Origin: an uncultured virus (IMG/VR IMGVR_UViG_3300043772_002095)
Lineage: Duplodnaviria; Heunggongvirae; Uroviricota; Caudoviricetes
Strand: one strand, 5' to 3'
IMG/VR virus record: IMGVR_UViG_3300043772_002095
Length of the DNA: 64,000 nt
This document shows, piece after piece, positions 29,637 through 40,559 of the stretch. The position numbers and the translations under genes were made by a program. The first letter of the stretch is position 1, and the number at the start of each line of letters is the position of its first letter. The notes beneath the pieces are model-generated. The model had not been told where the DNA came from, did no database searches, and worked only from the letters and a program-made list of their open reading frames with translations.

Positions 29637-30318
29637 AAATATGGGAATTGATGATAAAATATTAAAAGAGATAGGTAGATATAAGCAAATTAATAACTAC
29701 TTAACGGAACAAGAGATTCCACCCGCAGAAGACCCTGCATTACCCCCACCACCTGACGCAGGAATACCACCTGTTGACGACGCGGCATTGCCCGCTGATC
29801 CGGCAACCGCAACACCTCCACCCGCACCAGTTGATACAACCCCACAACCTGTTGATACCGCAACTGACCCTGATGTTGAAAAAATTGGTGATGAAAAAGA
29901 AGGTAAAGAAGAATTAGAAATTACTGATTTAGTTAAATCTCAAAAAACGGTTGAGAAAAAACAAGAAGAATATTTTGATACTTTATTTAAACATTTAAAT
30001 GATTTAGAAAATAAATTATCAGATATGGACACTATAGTTAATAAATTAAACGATCTTGAAGCTAAGGTTGAAAAGTATAGACCTAAATCATCGCAAGAAA
30101 AATTGGAATTACGATCTTTAGATTCAGGACCTTTTAATCAAAAACTTTCAGATTTTTTTGAAGATAAAAGAGAAGATTTTGAAAAAACTGGAAAAGAAGA
30201 GTATATCTTAACTAAAGATGAGGTTGAGGATTATTCACCATCTGAAATTAAAAAAAGTTTTAGAGATTTTGAACAAGGAAAAGATGACATTGAAGATAAT
30301 TTCCAAAAAATTAGATAA
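29629..30318 (+). CDS. Pro/Asp-rich coiled-coil protein, possibly an internal virion protein
   Basis: YLTEQE followed by a low-complexity PPA/PPPP region and an acidic coiled coil. The start may be 29641. Confidence 0.65.
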   Translation: MVKNMGIDDKILKEIGRYKQINNYLTEQEIPPAEDPALPPPPDAGIPPVDDAALPADPATATPPPAPVDTTPQPVDTATDPDVEKIGDEKEGKEELEITDLVKSQKTVEKKQEEYFDTLFKHLNDLENKLSDMDTIVNKLNDLEAKVEKYRPKSSQEKLELRSLDSGPFNQKLSDFFEDKREDFEKTGKEEYILTKDEVEDYSPSEIKKSFRDFEQGKDDIEDNFQKIR

Positions 30319-30322
30319 TTAA

Positions 30323-30349
30323 GGGGTCACGTAATGTGACCTCAAATTT
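30323..30349 (+). terminator. stem-loop, putative terminator
   Basis: GGGGTCAC-gtaat-GTGACCTC at the end of the structural block; weak U tract. Confidence 0.55.
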
Positions 30350-30378
30350 GACTTTTTAAAGGCTGACACTTATATTTT
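30347..30378 (+). promoter_or_regulatory. host-RNAP-type promoter of the replication block
   Basis: TTGACT-N17-TATATT, also readable as the Bacteroidota-like TTTG-N20-TATATTTT. Confidence 0.55.
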
Positions 30379-30405
30379 CGTATAAACAATTAAATTATAT
30401 AACAA

Positions 30406-31260
30406 ATGGCGACAAACAATTCATTAGACGCGGTACTGGCTCAGTACGAACAATCAAAACAAGGTTCATCATCCACCTCAAAAATGTCACAAGACGAAAG
30501 GATGAAAAAATACTTCGCAGCAATCCTTAAAGACAACGAAAAACAAGGACAAAAAAGATTAAGAATTTTACCAACAAAAGACGGATCATCACCTTTTAAA
30601 GAAGTGTGGTTTCACGAAGTTCAAGTAGACGGAAAATGGGTTAAATTATATGACCCAGGTAAAAACGATAACGAGCGTTCACCTTTAACTGAAGTTTACG
30701 AAGAACTAATGGCGACAGGTAAGGAGAATGATAAAAAATTGGCATCAACGTATAAACCTCGTAAGTTTTATATTGTAAAAGTTGTTGATAGAGATAACGA
30801 ATCGGATGGTGTTAAGTTTTGGAGATTCAAACACAACTACAAAAATGAAGGAATCTTAGATAAGATTATTCCGATTTGGAGAAACAAAGGAGATATTACC
30901 GACCCTGAAAAAGGAAGAGACTTAATCCTTGAGCTTACAAAGGCTAAAACTCCAAAAGGAGCGACATACACCGTAATTCAAACAATTATGTATGATGATT
31001 CGGCACCTGTACACACAGATATCGAAACTTCAAATTCTTGGATTAATGATGAATTAACTTGGGAAGATGTTTATTCTAAAAAACCTGAAGAATATCTTGA
31101 GGCTATCGCAAGAGGAGAAACTCCACGTTGGGATTCAGACTCAGGAAAATACGTATATGGATCTTCATCATCAGAAACTATTGATATGGGAGGTAAGAAA
31201 TCTAACAAATATTCTGACCCACAAGAAAATCAAGAACCTGACGAAGATATGCCTTTCTAA
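30406..31260 (+). CDS. single-stranded DNA-binding protein (gp32-like)
   Basis: RLRILP, PFKEVWFH, GDITDPEKGRDL and an acidic C-terminus DEDMPF. Confidence 0.8.
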   Translation: MATNNSLDAVLAQYEQSKQGSSSTSKMSQDERMKKYFAAILKDNEKQGQKRLRILPTKDGSSPFKEVWFHEVQVDGKWVKLYDPGKNDNERSPLTEVYEELMATGKENDKKLASTYKPRKFYIVKVVDRDNESDGVKFWRFKHNYKNEGILDKIIPIWRNKGDITDPEKGRDLILELTKAKTPKGATYTVIQTIMYDDSAPVHTDIETSNSWINDELTWEDVYSKKPEEYLEAIARGETPRWDSDSGKYVYGSSSSETIDMGGKKSNKYSDPQENQEPDEDMPF

Positions 31261-31272
31261 AATGGTTAAATT

Positions 31273-31305
31273 TGGACAGATATTTTTAATCTGTCCATTT
31301 TTTTT
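31273..31305 (+). terminator. intrinsic terminator
   Basis: TGGACAGAT-loop-ATCTGTCCA followed by T8. Confidence 0.8.
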
Positions 31306-31330
31306 AAAAAAATTTACAAAATTTATAAAA

Positions 31331-31564
31331 ATGGAAAAAAAATTAAATCTTATTGGATTGAGAATGTACGACGCATTGCGTTTAAAATATATGTCTGAGG
31401 TTGCTTCAGCGGAAGCTTCGTTATTAGTTTATTTTAATAATTCGGTTGGTATTGGAGAGCATCCACAACATATTGAAGAGATGGATAAATTAATTGAAAA
31501 AATCGCGAATTCCAACGACAAACTACAAACTTTGGAAAAGTTTATTAAATACGAAAGTATATGA
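31331..31564 (+). CDS. small hypothetical phage protein
   Basis: ATG at 31331; VGIGEHPQHIEEMDKL motif. Confidence 0.7.
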   Translation: MEKKLNLIGLRMYDALRLKYMSEVASAEASLLVYFNNSVGIGEHPQHIEEMDKLIEKIANSNDKLQTLEKFIKYESI

Positions 31565-32235
31565 TATCCGTATTAACATTAACTTATCGTAGAAAAAATT
31601 TATTAGAAGAAGCGATATGTTCTTATTTAAAACAAGACTATGAAAATTCTGAAATGGTCATTATTAATGATGACCCAAATACGACTTACAACATAGATTG
31701 TGAAAATGTTAAAATCTTTAATTTAAAAAATAGGTTCGATAATATATCTCAAAAATTAAAATGGGGATTTGACCAATGTAAATATGAATATATCTATAGA
31801 TTAGATGATGATGATTTATTATGTCCAAATGCCCTAAGTTTAGTTGAAAGTCAGATTAAGGAAAACCCCGGGTATGAGATTTATCGTAGAGATAAACATT
31901 ATTATTTTGTTAATAACAAATTTGTAAACGTTGGAGGTAATGTTAATAATGGGAACGTTTATACTAAAAAATACTTAAATAAAGTTAAATTCACTAATAA
32001 AAGTTTTGGAGAAGATTTTGATATTACTTTTAAAAATAATGGTAAAATACACGAATCGGTTGAAAACCCAACAATGATTTATAGGTGGGGAATGAATACA
32101 TATCACGTTTCAGGTATGGGAGACATTTCGCAAGAAAGAGTTAATGAGTGGGTTGGAAGATTATGTGATAAAATAGAAGGAAATATTGATTTAGAACCAA
32201 AATTTACCGATAATTATTATAATCAATTAAAATGA
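31561..32235 (+). CDS. glycosyltransferase family 2 protein
   Basis: ISVLTLTY, LKQDY, VIINDD, RLDDDD (DxD) and GED. Confidence 0.85.
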   Translation: MISVLTLTYRRKNLLEEAICSYLKQDYENSEMVIINDDPNTTYNIDCENVKIFNLKNRFDNISQKLKWGFDQCKYEYIYRLDDDDLLCPNALSLVESQIKENPGYEIYRRDKHYYFVNNKFVNVGGNVNNGNVYTKKYLNKVKFTNKSFGEDFDITFKNNGKIHESVENPTMIYRWGMNTYHVSGMGDISQERVNEWVGRLCDKIEGNIDLEPKFTDNYYNQLK

Positions 32236-32236
32236 T

Positions 32237-33211
32237 ATGGCAATAAAAAAAACAGATTTTAAATCAATTAAGGAGAAATTCTCCACAAAAACAAAATACA
32301 AACCTGAACAATTTTATAATTGTGGTGAAGCTTTTATGGAGGCTTGCGGATTACCGGGACCTGTTATGGGAGCAATCAATATGAATTTAGGACACTCAAA
32401 TTCCTCTAAAACAACCGCAATGATTTTGGCGGCGGTTGATGCTCAGAAAAAAGGTCATTTACCTGTATTCATTATAACCGAACGTAAATGGTCGTGGGAA
32501 CACGCGGTTGAATTAGGGTTAGACGCGTCAAAAAACGAGAATGGTGAATGGGAGGGTCAATTCATCTTTAATGATTCGTTCGACTATATTGAACAAGCAA
32601 CAGATTTTATAAACGAAGTCTTAGATGCTCAAGAGAAAGGGGATATACCATATGATATTTTATTTTTATGGGATAGTATAGGTAGTATTCCTTGTAAGAT
32701 GACATACGATGGTAAAGGAGGTAAACAACATAATGCCGCGACATTAGCTGATAAAATTGGTATGGGTATTTCGGCAAGAATATCTAAGACTAAAAAAGAG
32801 GATTTTCCATTTTACGCAACTATGGTGGTGGTCAACCAACCGTGGGTGGAGTTACCAGATAATCCATTTGGGCAACCTGAGATTAAGAGTAAGGGGGGTG
32901 AGGCAATATGGTTAGCATCGGCATTGGTTTTCTTATTTGGGAATCAAAAAAAGGCGGGAATTAATCATATTGACGCAACTAAGAACGGTAGAAAAGTATC
33001 ATTCGCAATTAGAACTAAAATATCAATATTAAAAAATCACGTAAATGGTCTTGGATATAAGGACGGTAAGATTATAGCGGTTCATAATGGGTATATACCC
33101 GACACAAAAGAGGCTATTGATGAGTACAAAAAACAATATGCAGATTATTGGGCGACAAAAATGGGTAGTAATGATTTTTCATTAGAAGAATCAAACGATT
33201 TTGAAAATTAA
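32237..33211 (+). CDS. RecA/UvsX-like recombinase
   Basis: Variant Walker A GHSNSSKTT, FIITE, Walker B FLWDSIGS, VVNQ, KGG and KNHV. Confidence 0.85.
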   Translation: MAIKKTDFKSIKEKFSTKTKYKPEQFYNCGEAFMEACGLPGPVMGAINMNLGHSNSSKTTAMILAAVDAQKKGHLPVFIITERKWSWEHAVELGLDASKNENGEWEGQFIFNDSFDYIEQATDFINEVLDAQEKGDIPYDILFLWDSIGSIPCKMTYDGKGGKQHNAATLADKIGMGISARISKTKKEDFPFYATMVVVNQPWVELPDNPFGQPEIKSKGGEAIWLASALVFLFGNQKKAGINHIDATKNGRKVSFAIRTKISILKNHVNGLGYKDGKIIAVHNGYIPDTKEAIDEYKKQYADYWATKMGSNDFSLEESNDFEN

Positions 33212-33223
33212 AAAAATTAAAAA

Positions 33224-34231
33224 GTGATTAAAACACTTATTGTTGATGGGAATAACCTACTGAAAATAGGGTTCCACGGAGTCAAAGATTTCTATCACGA
33301 AGGAAAACACGTAGGAGGTATATGGTACTTTCTAAACACCACACGTAAATTTATTGAAGAATATAATTTTGACAAAGTATTGGTTTTTTGGGATGGAGAA
33401 CAAAATTCGCTATCAAGAAAAATAATTTACCCCCAATACAAAGAAAACAGAAAAAGTGGTGATGACCCGTTAAAGGAATTATCATTTAGTCAACAAAAAG
33501 AAAGAGTAAAACAATACTTAGAGGAAATGTTTATTCGTCAGATTGTTGTTGATAAAAACGAATCAGACGATTTAATATCGTATTATTGTCAAATATCTGA
33601 AAACGAACAAATTACAATATTTTCAGGTGATAGAGATTTATCACAATTAATTTCTAAAAATGTTTCAATTTATTCCCCAAATTCAAAAAAATTGTATAAA
33701 TTTGGGGACAAAATTAAATTGTATGAAATTGAGGTTCCGCACGAAAATGTTAAAGTTTGTAAGATATTAATGGGTGATAAGTCAGACAATATTGATGGTA
33801 TCTATTATTTAGGTGAAAAAACTTTAGTAAAATTATTTCCCGAGATACTTGAAAAAGAAGTTTCTTTTACCGATATTTTAATTAAGGCGGAACTCCTCCT
33901 TAAAGAAGACAAAGAAAACAAGGTTTTAAAGAATTTACTAACAGGTAGAACAAAAACAGGAATTTATGGTAATGAGTTTTTTCAAATTAATGAACAAATT
34001 ATCGACTTATCAAAACCAATTATCACAGAAGAAGGTAAAGAAATCGTTGAACTTTATTATAAAGAAACATTGGATCCTGAAGGCAGGGGACATAGAAACC
34101 TAATTAAATATATGATGGAAGATGGATTTTTTAAGTTCTTACCAAAAACAGACGACGCTTGGGTGAACTTTTTAAAACCATTTTTAAAATTAACAAGAAA
34201 AGAAAAGAAAAACTATCAAACAAAAAAATGA
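33224..34231 (+). CDS. 5'-3' exonuclease / flap endonuclease (T4 RNase H, PolI N-terminal-like)
   Basis: IVDGNN, YKENR, ESDD, SGDRDLSQL and GDKSDNIDG. Confidence 0.9.
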   Translation: MIKTLIVDGNNLLKIGFHGVKDFYHEGKHVGGIWYFLNTTRKFIEEYNFDKVLVFWDGEQNSLSRKIIYPQYKENRKSGDDPLKELSFSQQKERVKQYLEEMFIRQIVVDKNESDDLISYYCQISENEQITIFSGDRDLSQLISKNVSIYSPNSKKLYKFGDKIKLYEIEVPHENVKVCKILMGDKSDNIDGIYYLGEKTLVKLFPEILEKEVSFTDILIKAELLLKEDKENKVLKNLLTGRTKTGIYGNEFFQINEQIIDLSKPIITEEGKEIVELYYKETLDPEGRGHRNLIKYMMEDGFFKFLPKTDDAWVNFLKPFLKLTRKEKKNYQTKK

Positions 34232-34692
34232 ATATGTATATGAAAGAACAGCAAGACGCGACTAAATTAGAGTTTGTGTTAATGGTTAACGACAACATTA
34301 TCGTTCAGAGATACTTTAATGTTAGAGACTACAATTCAAAGGCTAAAAATTCTGCCGAATTGTATGAGTTTATTAAAGATTTAAAAAGTGAACTCGAATA
34401 TGAGTTAAAAATGAAGACGGTTGTTTATATGATGGACAACGAGTATGAAATCGCGAACAACCCTGAAGTCCTTAACACATCTTATACAGATGGTCCTGAA
34501 AGTTTTAACATCTTTTTAAGAGAAGGTGATAAGACAATTTGTCATAGAAGGATGGATGCTAAACTTTATCCTCCTAAAATAAGATACACCGTAGACATAC
34601 GCCCGCGTATAAAAAGTATTCTTTCGGGTCTAACTGACATTTTTTCATCCGAAAATTTAACTTACAATTACCTTGAAGTTAATACTATTTAA
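34228..34692 (+). CDS. hypothetical protein
   Basis: ATG overlaps the exonuclease stop (alternative starts 34234 and 34240). Confidence 0.7.
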   Translation: MNMYMKEQQDATKLEFVLMVNDNIIVQRYFNVRDYNSKAKNSAELYEFIKDLKSELEYELKMKTVVYMMDNEYEIANNPEVLNTSYTDGPESFNIFLREGDKTICHRRMDAKLYPPKIRYTVDIRPRIKSILSGLTDIFSSENLTYNYLEVNTI

Positions 34693-34724
34693 GAATATTT
34701 ATCAAATACGAAAAGGGTAAAAAT

Positions 34725-37172
34725 ATGGCGACAAACAAAAACTTCGATTATTTGGGTAGTACATTTCAGCTACAATTATTGAATCAAATTATACTGGACA
34801 AAGAGTTTTCAAGGTCAATTATTGACGTGATGGAAACTCAGTATTTTGAAAACAAATATTTCAAAATCATTTTCCAAATGATTAAAGAATATTATTCAAA
34901 ATATGAACACACTCCTAATTTTGAGACACTTGAACAAATAACTAAATCTGAGTTACAACAAGAATTGGCGTCAAAAATAGTATTAGACACTATTGGTAAA
35001 ATTAAAGAAGCTCCAATTGAAGGAAGTTTATTTGTTCAAGATAAGGCTATGAAGTTCTGTAAACAACAAGAACTTCAAAAGGCTATTACTAAGGCTCAAA
35101 AAGTTATTGACGGAGGTGAGTTTGAAAATTACGAACAACTTGAAACCTTGGTTAGAGAAGCTTTACAAGTAGGAGCTAAAAGCGAAGGGACTCAAGATGT
35201 GTTTTTTAATTTGGACGAGGTACTTAATGAAGATTATAGACATCCAATACCAATGGGTATACCTGGAATTGACAGACTATTAAAAGGTGGTTTAGCTAAG
35301 GGAGAAATTGGGGTGATACTGGCTCCGACCGGCGTTGGGAAAAGTTTGAGTAACTCAGAACCCGTTTTAACCCCTACAGGATGGGTAAAAATGGGGGATA
35401 TTAAACTTGGCGATAAAGTTATTGGTAGTGATGGTAAAGAACAATACGTAATTGGGGTGTATCCGCAAGGGATAAGACCAATATATAAAGTAGAATTTAC
35501 CGATGAAACTTTTGTAAATTGTGATGAAGAACATCTTTGGAGTGTTAATACTCTTAATATGAGAACCGCAAAAACAAGAGGAAAAGGTGGGAAGGGTATT
35601 TATAAACCTAAATTTGGTTATAAGGTGGTTAAAACCTCAGATATGATGAAAGACATCAAAAAAAGAGGAAGATATAATTATAGATTACCGGTAGTTTCCC
35701 CTGTTGATTTTGAAAATAGAGAAGTTTTAATTGACCCCTATTTATTAGGTTTAATGTTAGGTGATGGTAGTATTTGTGATAGTGGTATTAAGATAACAAC
35801 AAAAGATGACGAATTATTTGAAAATGTTAAACATTTAAACGAACACTCTTCTTTTAGAGAATATCAAAAAGATAATAACACCAAAACAATAAAAACTATT
35901 CATTTAAAAACCGACATTAAAAAAAGAATAGAAAGTTATAATCTTTTAAATAAAAAATCAAATGATAAATTTATACCTAAAGACTATCTTTATAATTCTT
36001 TAAACGTAAGAATTGCTATTTTACAAGGATTAATGGATACTGACGGATATATTAACAAAAAAGGTACATCTCAATACACAACAATCTCTAAACAATTATG
36101 TGAGGACGTTAAAGAATTGGTATTGTCATTGGGTGGTACCGCTAGAGTTAATACAAAAATACCTAAATACAGACATAATGGAGAATTAAAAGAAGGTCAA
36201 TTGGCGTATACAATAACAATGTCTTTTGCTAATAACGTAGTACCTTTTAAACTACTTAGAAAAGTTGACAGATACTATAAAAGAACTAAGTATGTCGAAC
36301 AAAAATATGTTAAATCAATTACATATTCTCACGATGAGGCGGCCACCTGTATTAAAGTATCAAATCCTGATGAATTATTCGTTACGAGAGACTATGTGTT
36401 GACCCATAACACAACCATAATGACTAAAATTTCAAATCATGCTTTCAATTTGGGATACAACGTACTTCAAATATTTTTTGAAGATAATCCGAAGATTATC
36501 CAAAGAAAACATTTTACACTTTGGACGAAAATACACCCTGACGAGATGTCGGATAGGAAAGAAGAGATAATATCAAAAGTTAATCATATAAAAGAAACTA
36601 TGACTAACAGACTTATTCTTGAAAAATTACCTTCGGATACATTAACAATGTTACAAATAAAAAATCAGATTAGAAAAATGATTGCTGATGGTATTAAAAT
36701 TGATATGGTTTTATTAGATTATATTGATTGTGTGGTACCCGATAAGAATTTAGGTGATGAATGGAAATCTGAAGGTTCAGTTATGAGAGCGTTTGAGGCT
36801 ATGTGTCACGAATTATCTATTGTAGGGTGGACAGCAACACAAGGTAATAGAAGTTCAATTTCATCTGAGGTAGTTACAACCGACCAAATGGGAGGGTCAA
36901 TTAAGAAGGCTCAAGTTGGTCACGTTATCATATCCGTAGCAAAAACATTACAACAAAAAGAAATGAAATTGGCGACAATTGCAATTACTAAGTCACGTAT
37001 TGGTGATGATGGTGTTGTTTTTGAAAATTGTAAATTTGATAACGGAATGTTAGAAATTGATACAGAAAGTTCCGTAACATTCTTAGGGTTAGAGGAACAG
37101 AAAGAAGAACAAAATAGAAAAAGAGTTCTAGACTTACTAGAAAAAAGAAAACAAAGACAACAAAATAATTAA
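34725..37172 (+). CDS. dnaB: replicative DnaB-like helicase containing an intein
   Basis: APTGVGK|intein|TT, LDYID, TATQ and KSR. Confidence 0.9.
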   Translation: MATNKNFDYLGSTFQLQLLNQIILDKEFSRSIIDVMETQYFENKYFKIIFQMIKEYYSKYEHTPNFETLEQITKSELQQELASKIVLDTIGKIKEAPIEGSLFVQDKAMKFCKQQELQKAITKAQKVIDGGEFENYEQLETLVREALQVGAKSEGTQDVFFNLDEVLNEDYRHPIPMGIPGIDRLLKGGLAKGEIGVILAPTGVGKSLSNSEPVLTPTGWVKMGDIKLGDKVIGSDGKEQYVIGVYPQGIRPIYKVEFTDETFVNCDEEHLWSVNTLNMRTAKTRGKGGKGIYKPKFGYKVVKTSDMMKDIKKRGRYNYRLPVVSPVDFENREVLIDPYLLGLMLGDGSICDSGIKITTKDDELFENVKHLNEHSSFREYQKDNNTKTIKTIHLKTDIKKRIESYNLLNKKSNDKFIPKDYLYNSLNVRIAILQGLMDTDGYINKKGTSQYTTISKQLCEDVKELVLSLGGTARVNTKIPKYRHNGELKEGQLAYTITMSFANNVVPFKLLRKVDRYYKRTKYVEQKYVKSITYSHDEAATCIKVSNPDELFVTRDYVLTHNTTIMTKISNHAFNLGYNVLQIFFEDNPKIIQRKHFTLWTKIHPDEMSDRKEEIISKVNHIKETMTNRLILEKLPSDTLTMLQIKNQIRKMIADGIKIDMVLLDYIDCVVPDKNLGDEWKSEGSVMRAFEAMCHELSIVGWTATQGNRSSISSEVVTTDQMGGSIKKAQVGHVIISVAKTLQQKEMKLATIAITKSRIGDDGVVFENCKFDNGMLEIDTESSVTFLGLEEQKEEQNRKRVLDLLEKRKQRQQNN
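35343..36410 (+). mobile_element. intein with LAGLIDADG endonuclease (356 aa)
   Basis: Starts SLSNSEPVLTPTG; block B CDEEHLW; LGLMLGDG and LQGLMDTDG; ends VLTHN|T. Confidence 0.92.
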
Positions 37173-37179
37173 TTAAAGT

Positions 37180-38127
37180 ATGGAAAAAATTTTAAAAGAG
37201 AATCCTAATCGATTTGTTATATTCCCCATCGAATATCACGATATATGGGAGTATTACAAACAACATCAAGCGGCATTTTGGACGGCTGAAGAGATTGATT
37301 TAACAGGGGACATTAGAGATTGGGAAAAATTAACTGAGAATGAACAATTTTTCATTAAAAATGTTCTTTCATTCTTCGCCGCGTCAGATGGTATTGTTAA
37401 TGAAAACTTGGCAGAAAATTTCTACAGGGAAGTTCAATATCCTGAAGCAAAATTCTTTTACGGATTTCAGTTAATGATGGAAAACATCCATTCATTAATG
37501 TATTCTTTATTAATTGATACCTATGTATCAAACCCTAAAGAAAAAGATGAATGTTTTAACGCTATTGATAGATTACCTGCGGTTCAAAAGAAAGCTAAAT
37601 GGGCTTTAGAATGGATTAATAATGCGTCTTTCCAAGAAAGATTAGTAGCATTCGCAGCGGTTGAAGGTATTTTCTTTTCGGGATCTTTCTGTTCTATATT
37701 TTGGTTAAAATCAAGAGGTGTTATGCAAGGATTATGTAACGCAAATTCTTTAATTTTTAAGGATGAAAACTTACATTGTGAATTCGCTATTCATTTATTA
37801 AATAATCACGTAGAAAACAAACCAAGTGAAAAGAGAATAAAAGAAATTTTATTGTCCGCACTTGAGATTGAAAAAGAATTTATTACAGAATCTTTACCTG
37901 TCTCATTAATAGGTATGAATTCTAATTTAATGAAACAATATCTTGAATTTGTTGTTGACGGACTTTTAATTAAAATGGGATGTCAAAAACAATTTAATGT
38001 TGAACAACCATTTAAATTTATGGAACAAATTGCGGTTGAAACAAAGGGTAATTTCTTTGAATCAAGAACCGTTGAATATCAAAAAGCTAAGTTAAACGAA
38101 ACAATTAATTTTACGGAGGATTTCTAA
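37180..38127 (+). CDS. nrdB: ribonucleotide reductase class Ia beta subunit
   Basis: [33 protein letters not shown] and DENLH. Confidence 0.95.
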   Translation: MEKILKENPNRFVIFPIEYHDIWEYYKQHQAAFWTAEEIDLTGDIRDWEKLTENEQFFIKNVLSFFAASDGIVNENLAENFYREVQYPEAKFFYGFQLMMENIHSLMYSLLIDTYVSNPKEKDECFNAIDRLPAVQKKAKWALEWINNASFQERLVAFAAVEGIFFSGSFCSIFWLKSRGVMQGLCNANSLIFKDENLHCEFAIHLLNNHVENKPSEKRIKEILLSALEIEKEFITESLPVSLIGMNSNLMKQYLEFVVDGLLIKMGCQKQFNVEQPFKFMEQIAVETKGNFFESRTVEYQKAKLNETINFTEDF

Positions 38128-38129
38128 TT

Positions 38130-40559
38130 ATGATGTCATTGAAGATTAAAAAAAGAGCAGGGGACGAAGTTTCATTCAACCCCCAAAAGATTTATAATAG
38201 AATTAAACGATCCTCAAAAGGTCTTAATGTTAATTCTGACGAGATTTTTATTAAAGTAATAACATCAGTACCGGTTGAAGGTAGTATCACCACAAAAGAA
38301 CTTGACAAGTTGGTGTATGAAATCGCCGCCGCTTACACTGGAAGTCATCACGACTATTCAAGACTAGCATCGTCAGTAGCGATTTCGTCTTATCATAAAG
38401 AAACTAATCCAAGTTTTTACGATACTATGATGGAATTACATCGTAGTGGAATTCTTAATGATGAATTTATTGATACTATGGTTCTTTATGGTAAAGAAAA
38501 GATTGATGAGGTAATTAATCACGAAAACGATTATAATTTTGATTATTTTGCTTGGAGATCATTACAAGAAATGTATCTTTTAAAATTACCAAATGGTAAA
38601 GTTGTTGAAAGGCCTCAACATATGTATATGAGAGTTGCGGTTTGGGTAACTAAAACATTTGAAGAGGCGGTTGATTATTATAATTCATTATCTAATCAGT
38701 TAATTTCACCGGCAACACCGATAATGATTAATTCGGGTACAAAAGTCCCTCAATTAGCGTCTTGTGTACTACATTATAATAATTCAGATTCAAGAGAAGG
38801 ATTATTACACACCTTAAATGATATATCAACATACTCATCAGACGCGGCGGGTATTGGTTTATCTATGTCTAATATAAGAAGTAAAGAAAGTAGAATATCA
38901 TCATCAGGAGGTTTTGCGGGAGGTCTTTTAAAATATCTTAAAATAGTTAATGAATCACTAAGATTCTTTAATCAACAAGGTAGAAGACCTGGAAGTGCCG
39001 CGATTTACTTAGAACCTTGGCATAAAGATATTTTCGATTTGTTAGACATTAAAAAGAATACGGGAGCCGAAGAATTAAGAGCGAGAGATTTATTTACCGC
39101 ACTTTGGATTCCTGATAATTTTATGAGGGCGGTTAAAAATAATTCTGATTGGTATTTGTTTTGTCCTAACGACATTAAAAGAGCGGGAATAAAACCACTA
39201 CAAGAATGTTATGGTCAAGAATATGAAGAAAATTACGACAAGGCGGTTTCTATGGGGTTGGGTAAGAAAGTTAAAGCTCAAGATGTTTGGTCTAAAGTTG
39301 TGGAGTCTCAAGTAGAAACGGGTGTCCCTTATTTATGTTCTAAAGACAATGCAAATAATAAGACAAACCATCAAAATATAGGAGTAATTAAACAATCAAA
39401 TTTATGTAACGAGATTTATCAGTATACTGACGAGAATACAACAGCTATTTGTACTTTATCATCTATGGTATTAAAAAACTTCATTATTGATGGTAAATTT
39501 GATTTTAACTTACTTTATAATGAAACTAAAAAAGTGGTTAGAGCGTTAAATAAAGTTGTGGATATCAACAACTACTCAACAGAAAAGGGTAGAAAAGGTG
39601 GTCTTGAACAAAGAGCAATTGCGATTGGAACACAAGGGTTGGCTGACGTATTCTATCTTATGGATTACAAGTTTACTTCCGATGAGGCTCGTAAATTAAA
39701 TAAAGAAATATTTGAAACGATATATTTTGCGGCAATCTCTGAAAGTAATAAACTTTGTATTGATGGTAACTACAAACCTTACGAATTCTTTGGAGGTTCA
39801 CCTATGTCAAAAGGAGTATTTCAGTTTGATATGTGGGGATTAAAAGAACAATATTTATCAGGAAGATGGCCTTGGGAAGATTTAAAAGAAAATGTTAAAA
39901 AGTATGGAGTTTGTAACTCATTATTTACGGCTCAAATGCCTGTAGCGAGTTCGGCCAAAATAACTGGTTCATATGAGATGACAGAACCGGCTCATTCGGC
40001 GATTTTTAATCGTAGAGTTGTTGGTGGTGAAATTATGATTGTTAACAAATATCTAATTAATGATTTTGAAAAACTTGGAATTTGGTGTGAAGATTTAAAA
40101 AATGAAATTATATTAAATGAAGGTTCAATTCAGAATATTAATTTTAATAAGTATTTGGATACTGAAGAAAAAAATTACCATAAGAAAGTTAAGAGAATTG
40201 AACATTTAATACCTAAATACAAAACAATTTGGGAGATATCACAAAGGGAACTTATTGATATGGCCGCAGACAGAGCTCCATTCATTGACCAATCACAATC
40301 AATGAACATTTATATGGGGAATCCGTCAATATCTAAAATAACATCATCCCACTTCCACGCTTGGGAAAAAGGATTGAAAACACTTTGTTATTATGTTAGA
40401 ACAAAGGCAATTTCAACGGGAGCAAAACACTTAGCGGTTGACATATCTAAAGTTGAAAAACCTAAAACAATAGAAAAACCTAAAGTAGATTTCTCAAAAA
40501 TGAATCTACCTGAAAAACCAAAAGATTCTGAATTTGAATGTTTTGGATGTTCATCATAA
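38130..40559 (+). CDS. nrdA: ribonucleotide reductase class Ia alpha subunit with ATP cone
   Basis: ERPQHM, QLASC, SNLCNEI, CYYVRT and a C-terminal CFGC. Confidence 0.95.
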   Translation: MMSLKIKKRAGDEVSFNPQKIYNRIKRSSKGLNVNSDEIFIKVITSVPVEGSITTKELDKLVYEIAAAYTGSHHDYSRLASSVAISSYHKETNPSFYDTMMELHRSGILNDEFIDTMVLYGKEKIDEVINHENDYNFDYFAWRSLQEMYLLKLPNGKVVERPQHMYMRVAVWVTKTFEEAVDYYNSLSNQLISPATPIMINSGTKVPQLASCVLHYNNSDSREGLLHTLNDISTYSSDAAGIGLSMSNIRSKESRISSSGGFAGGLLKYLKIVNESLRFFNQQGRRPGSAAIYLEPWHKDIFDLLDIKKNTGAEELRARDLFTALWIPDNFMRAVKNNSDWYLFCPNDIKRAGIKPLQECYGQEYEENYDKAVSMGLGKKVKAQDVWSKVVESQVETGVPYLCSKDNANNKTNHQNIGVIKQSNLCNEIYQYTDENTTAICTLSSMVLKNFIIDGKFDFNLLYNETKKVVRALNKVVDINNYSTEKGRKGGLEQRAIAIGTQGLADVFYLMDYKFTSDEARKLNKEIFETIYFAAISESNKLCIDGNYKPYEFFGGSPMSKGVFQFDMWGLKEQYLSGRWPWEDLKENVKKYGVCNSLFTAQMPVASSAKITGSYEMTEPAHSAIFNRRVVGGEIMIVNKYLINDFEKLGIWCEDLKNEIILNEGSIQNINFNKYLDTEEKNYHKKVKRIEHLIPKYKTIWEISQRELIDMAADRAPFIDQSQSMNIYMGNPSISKITSSHFHAWEKGLKTLCYYVRTKAISTGAKHLAVDISKVEKPKTIEKPKVDFSKMNLPEKPKDSEFECFGCSS

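Noticed and set aside
31067..31330. N-terminal extension of ORF 31067-31564
   Set aside because: It overlaps SSB and spans a terminator; ATG 31331 is the plausible start.
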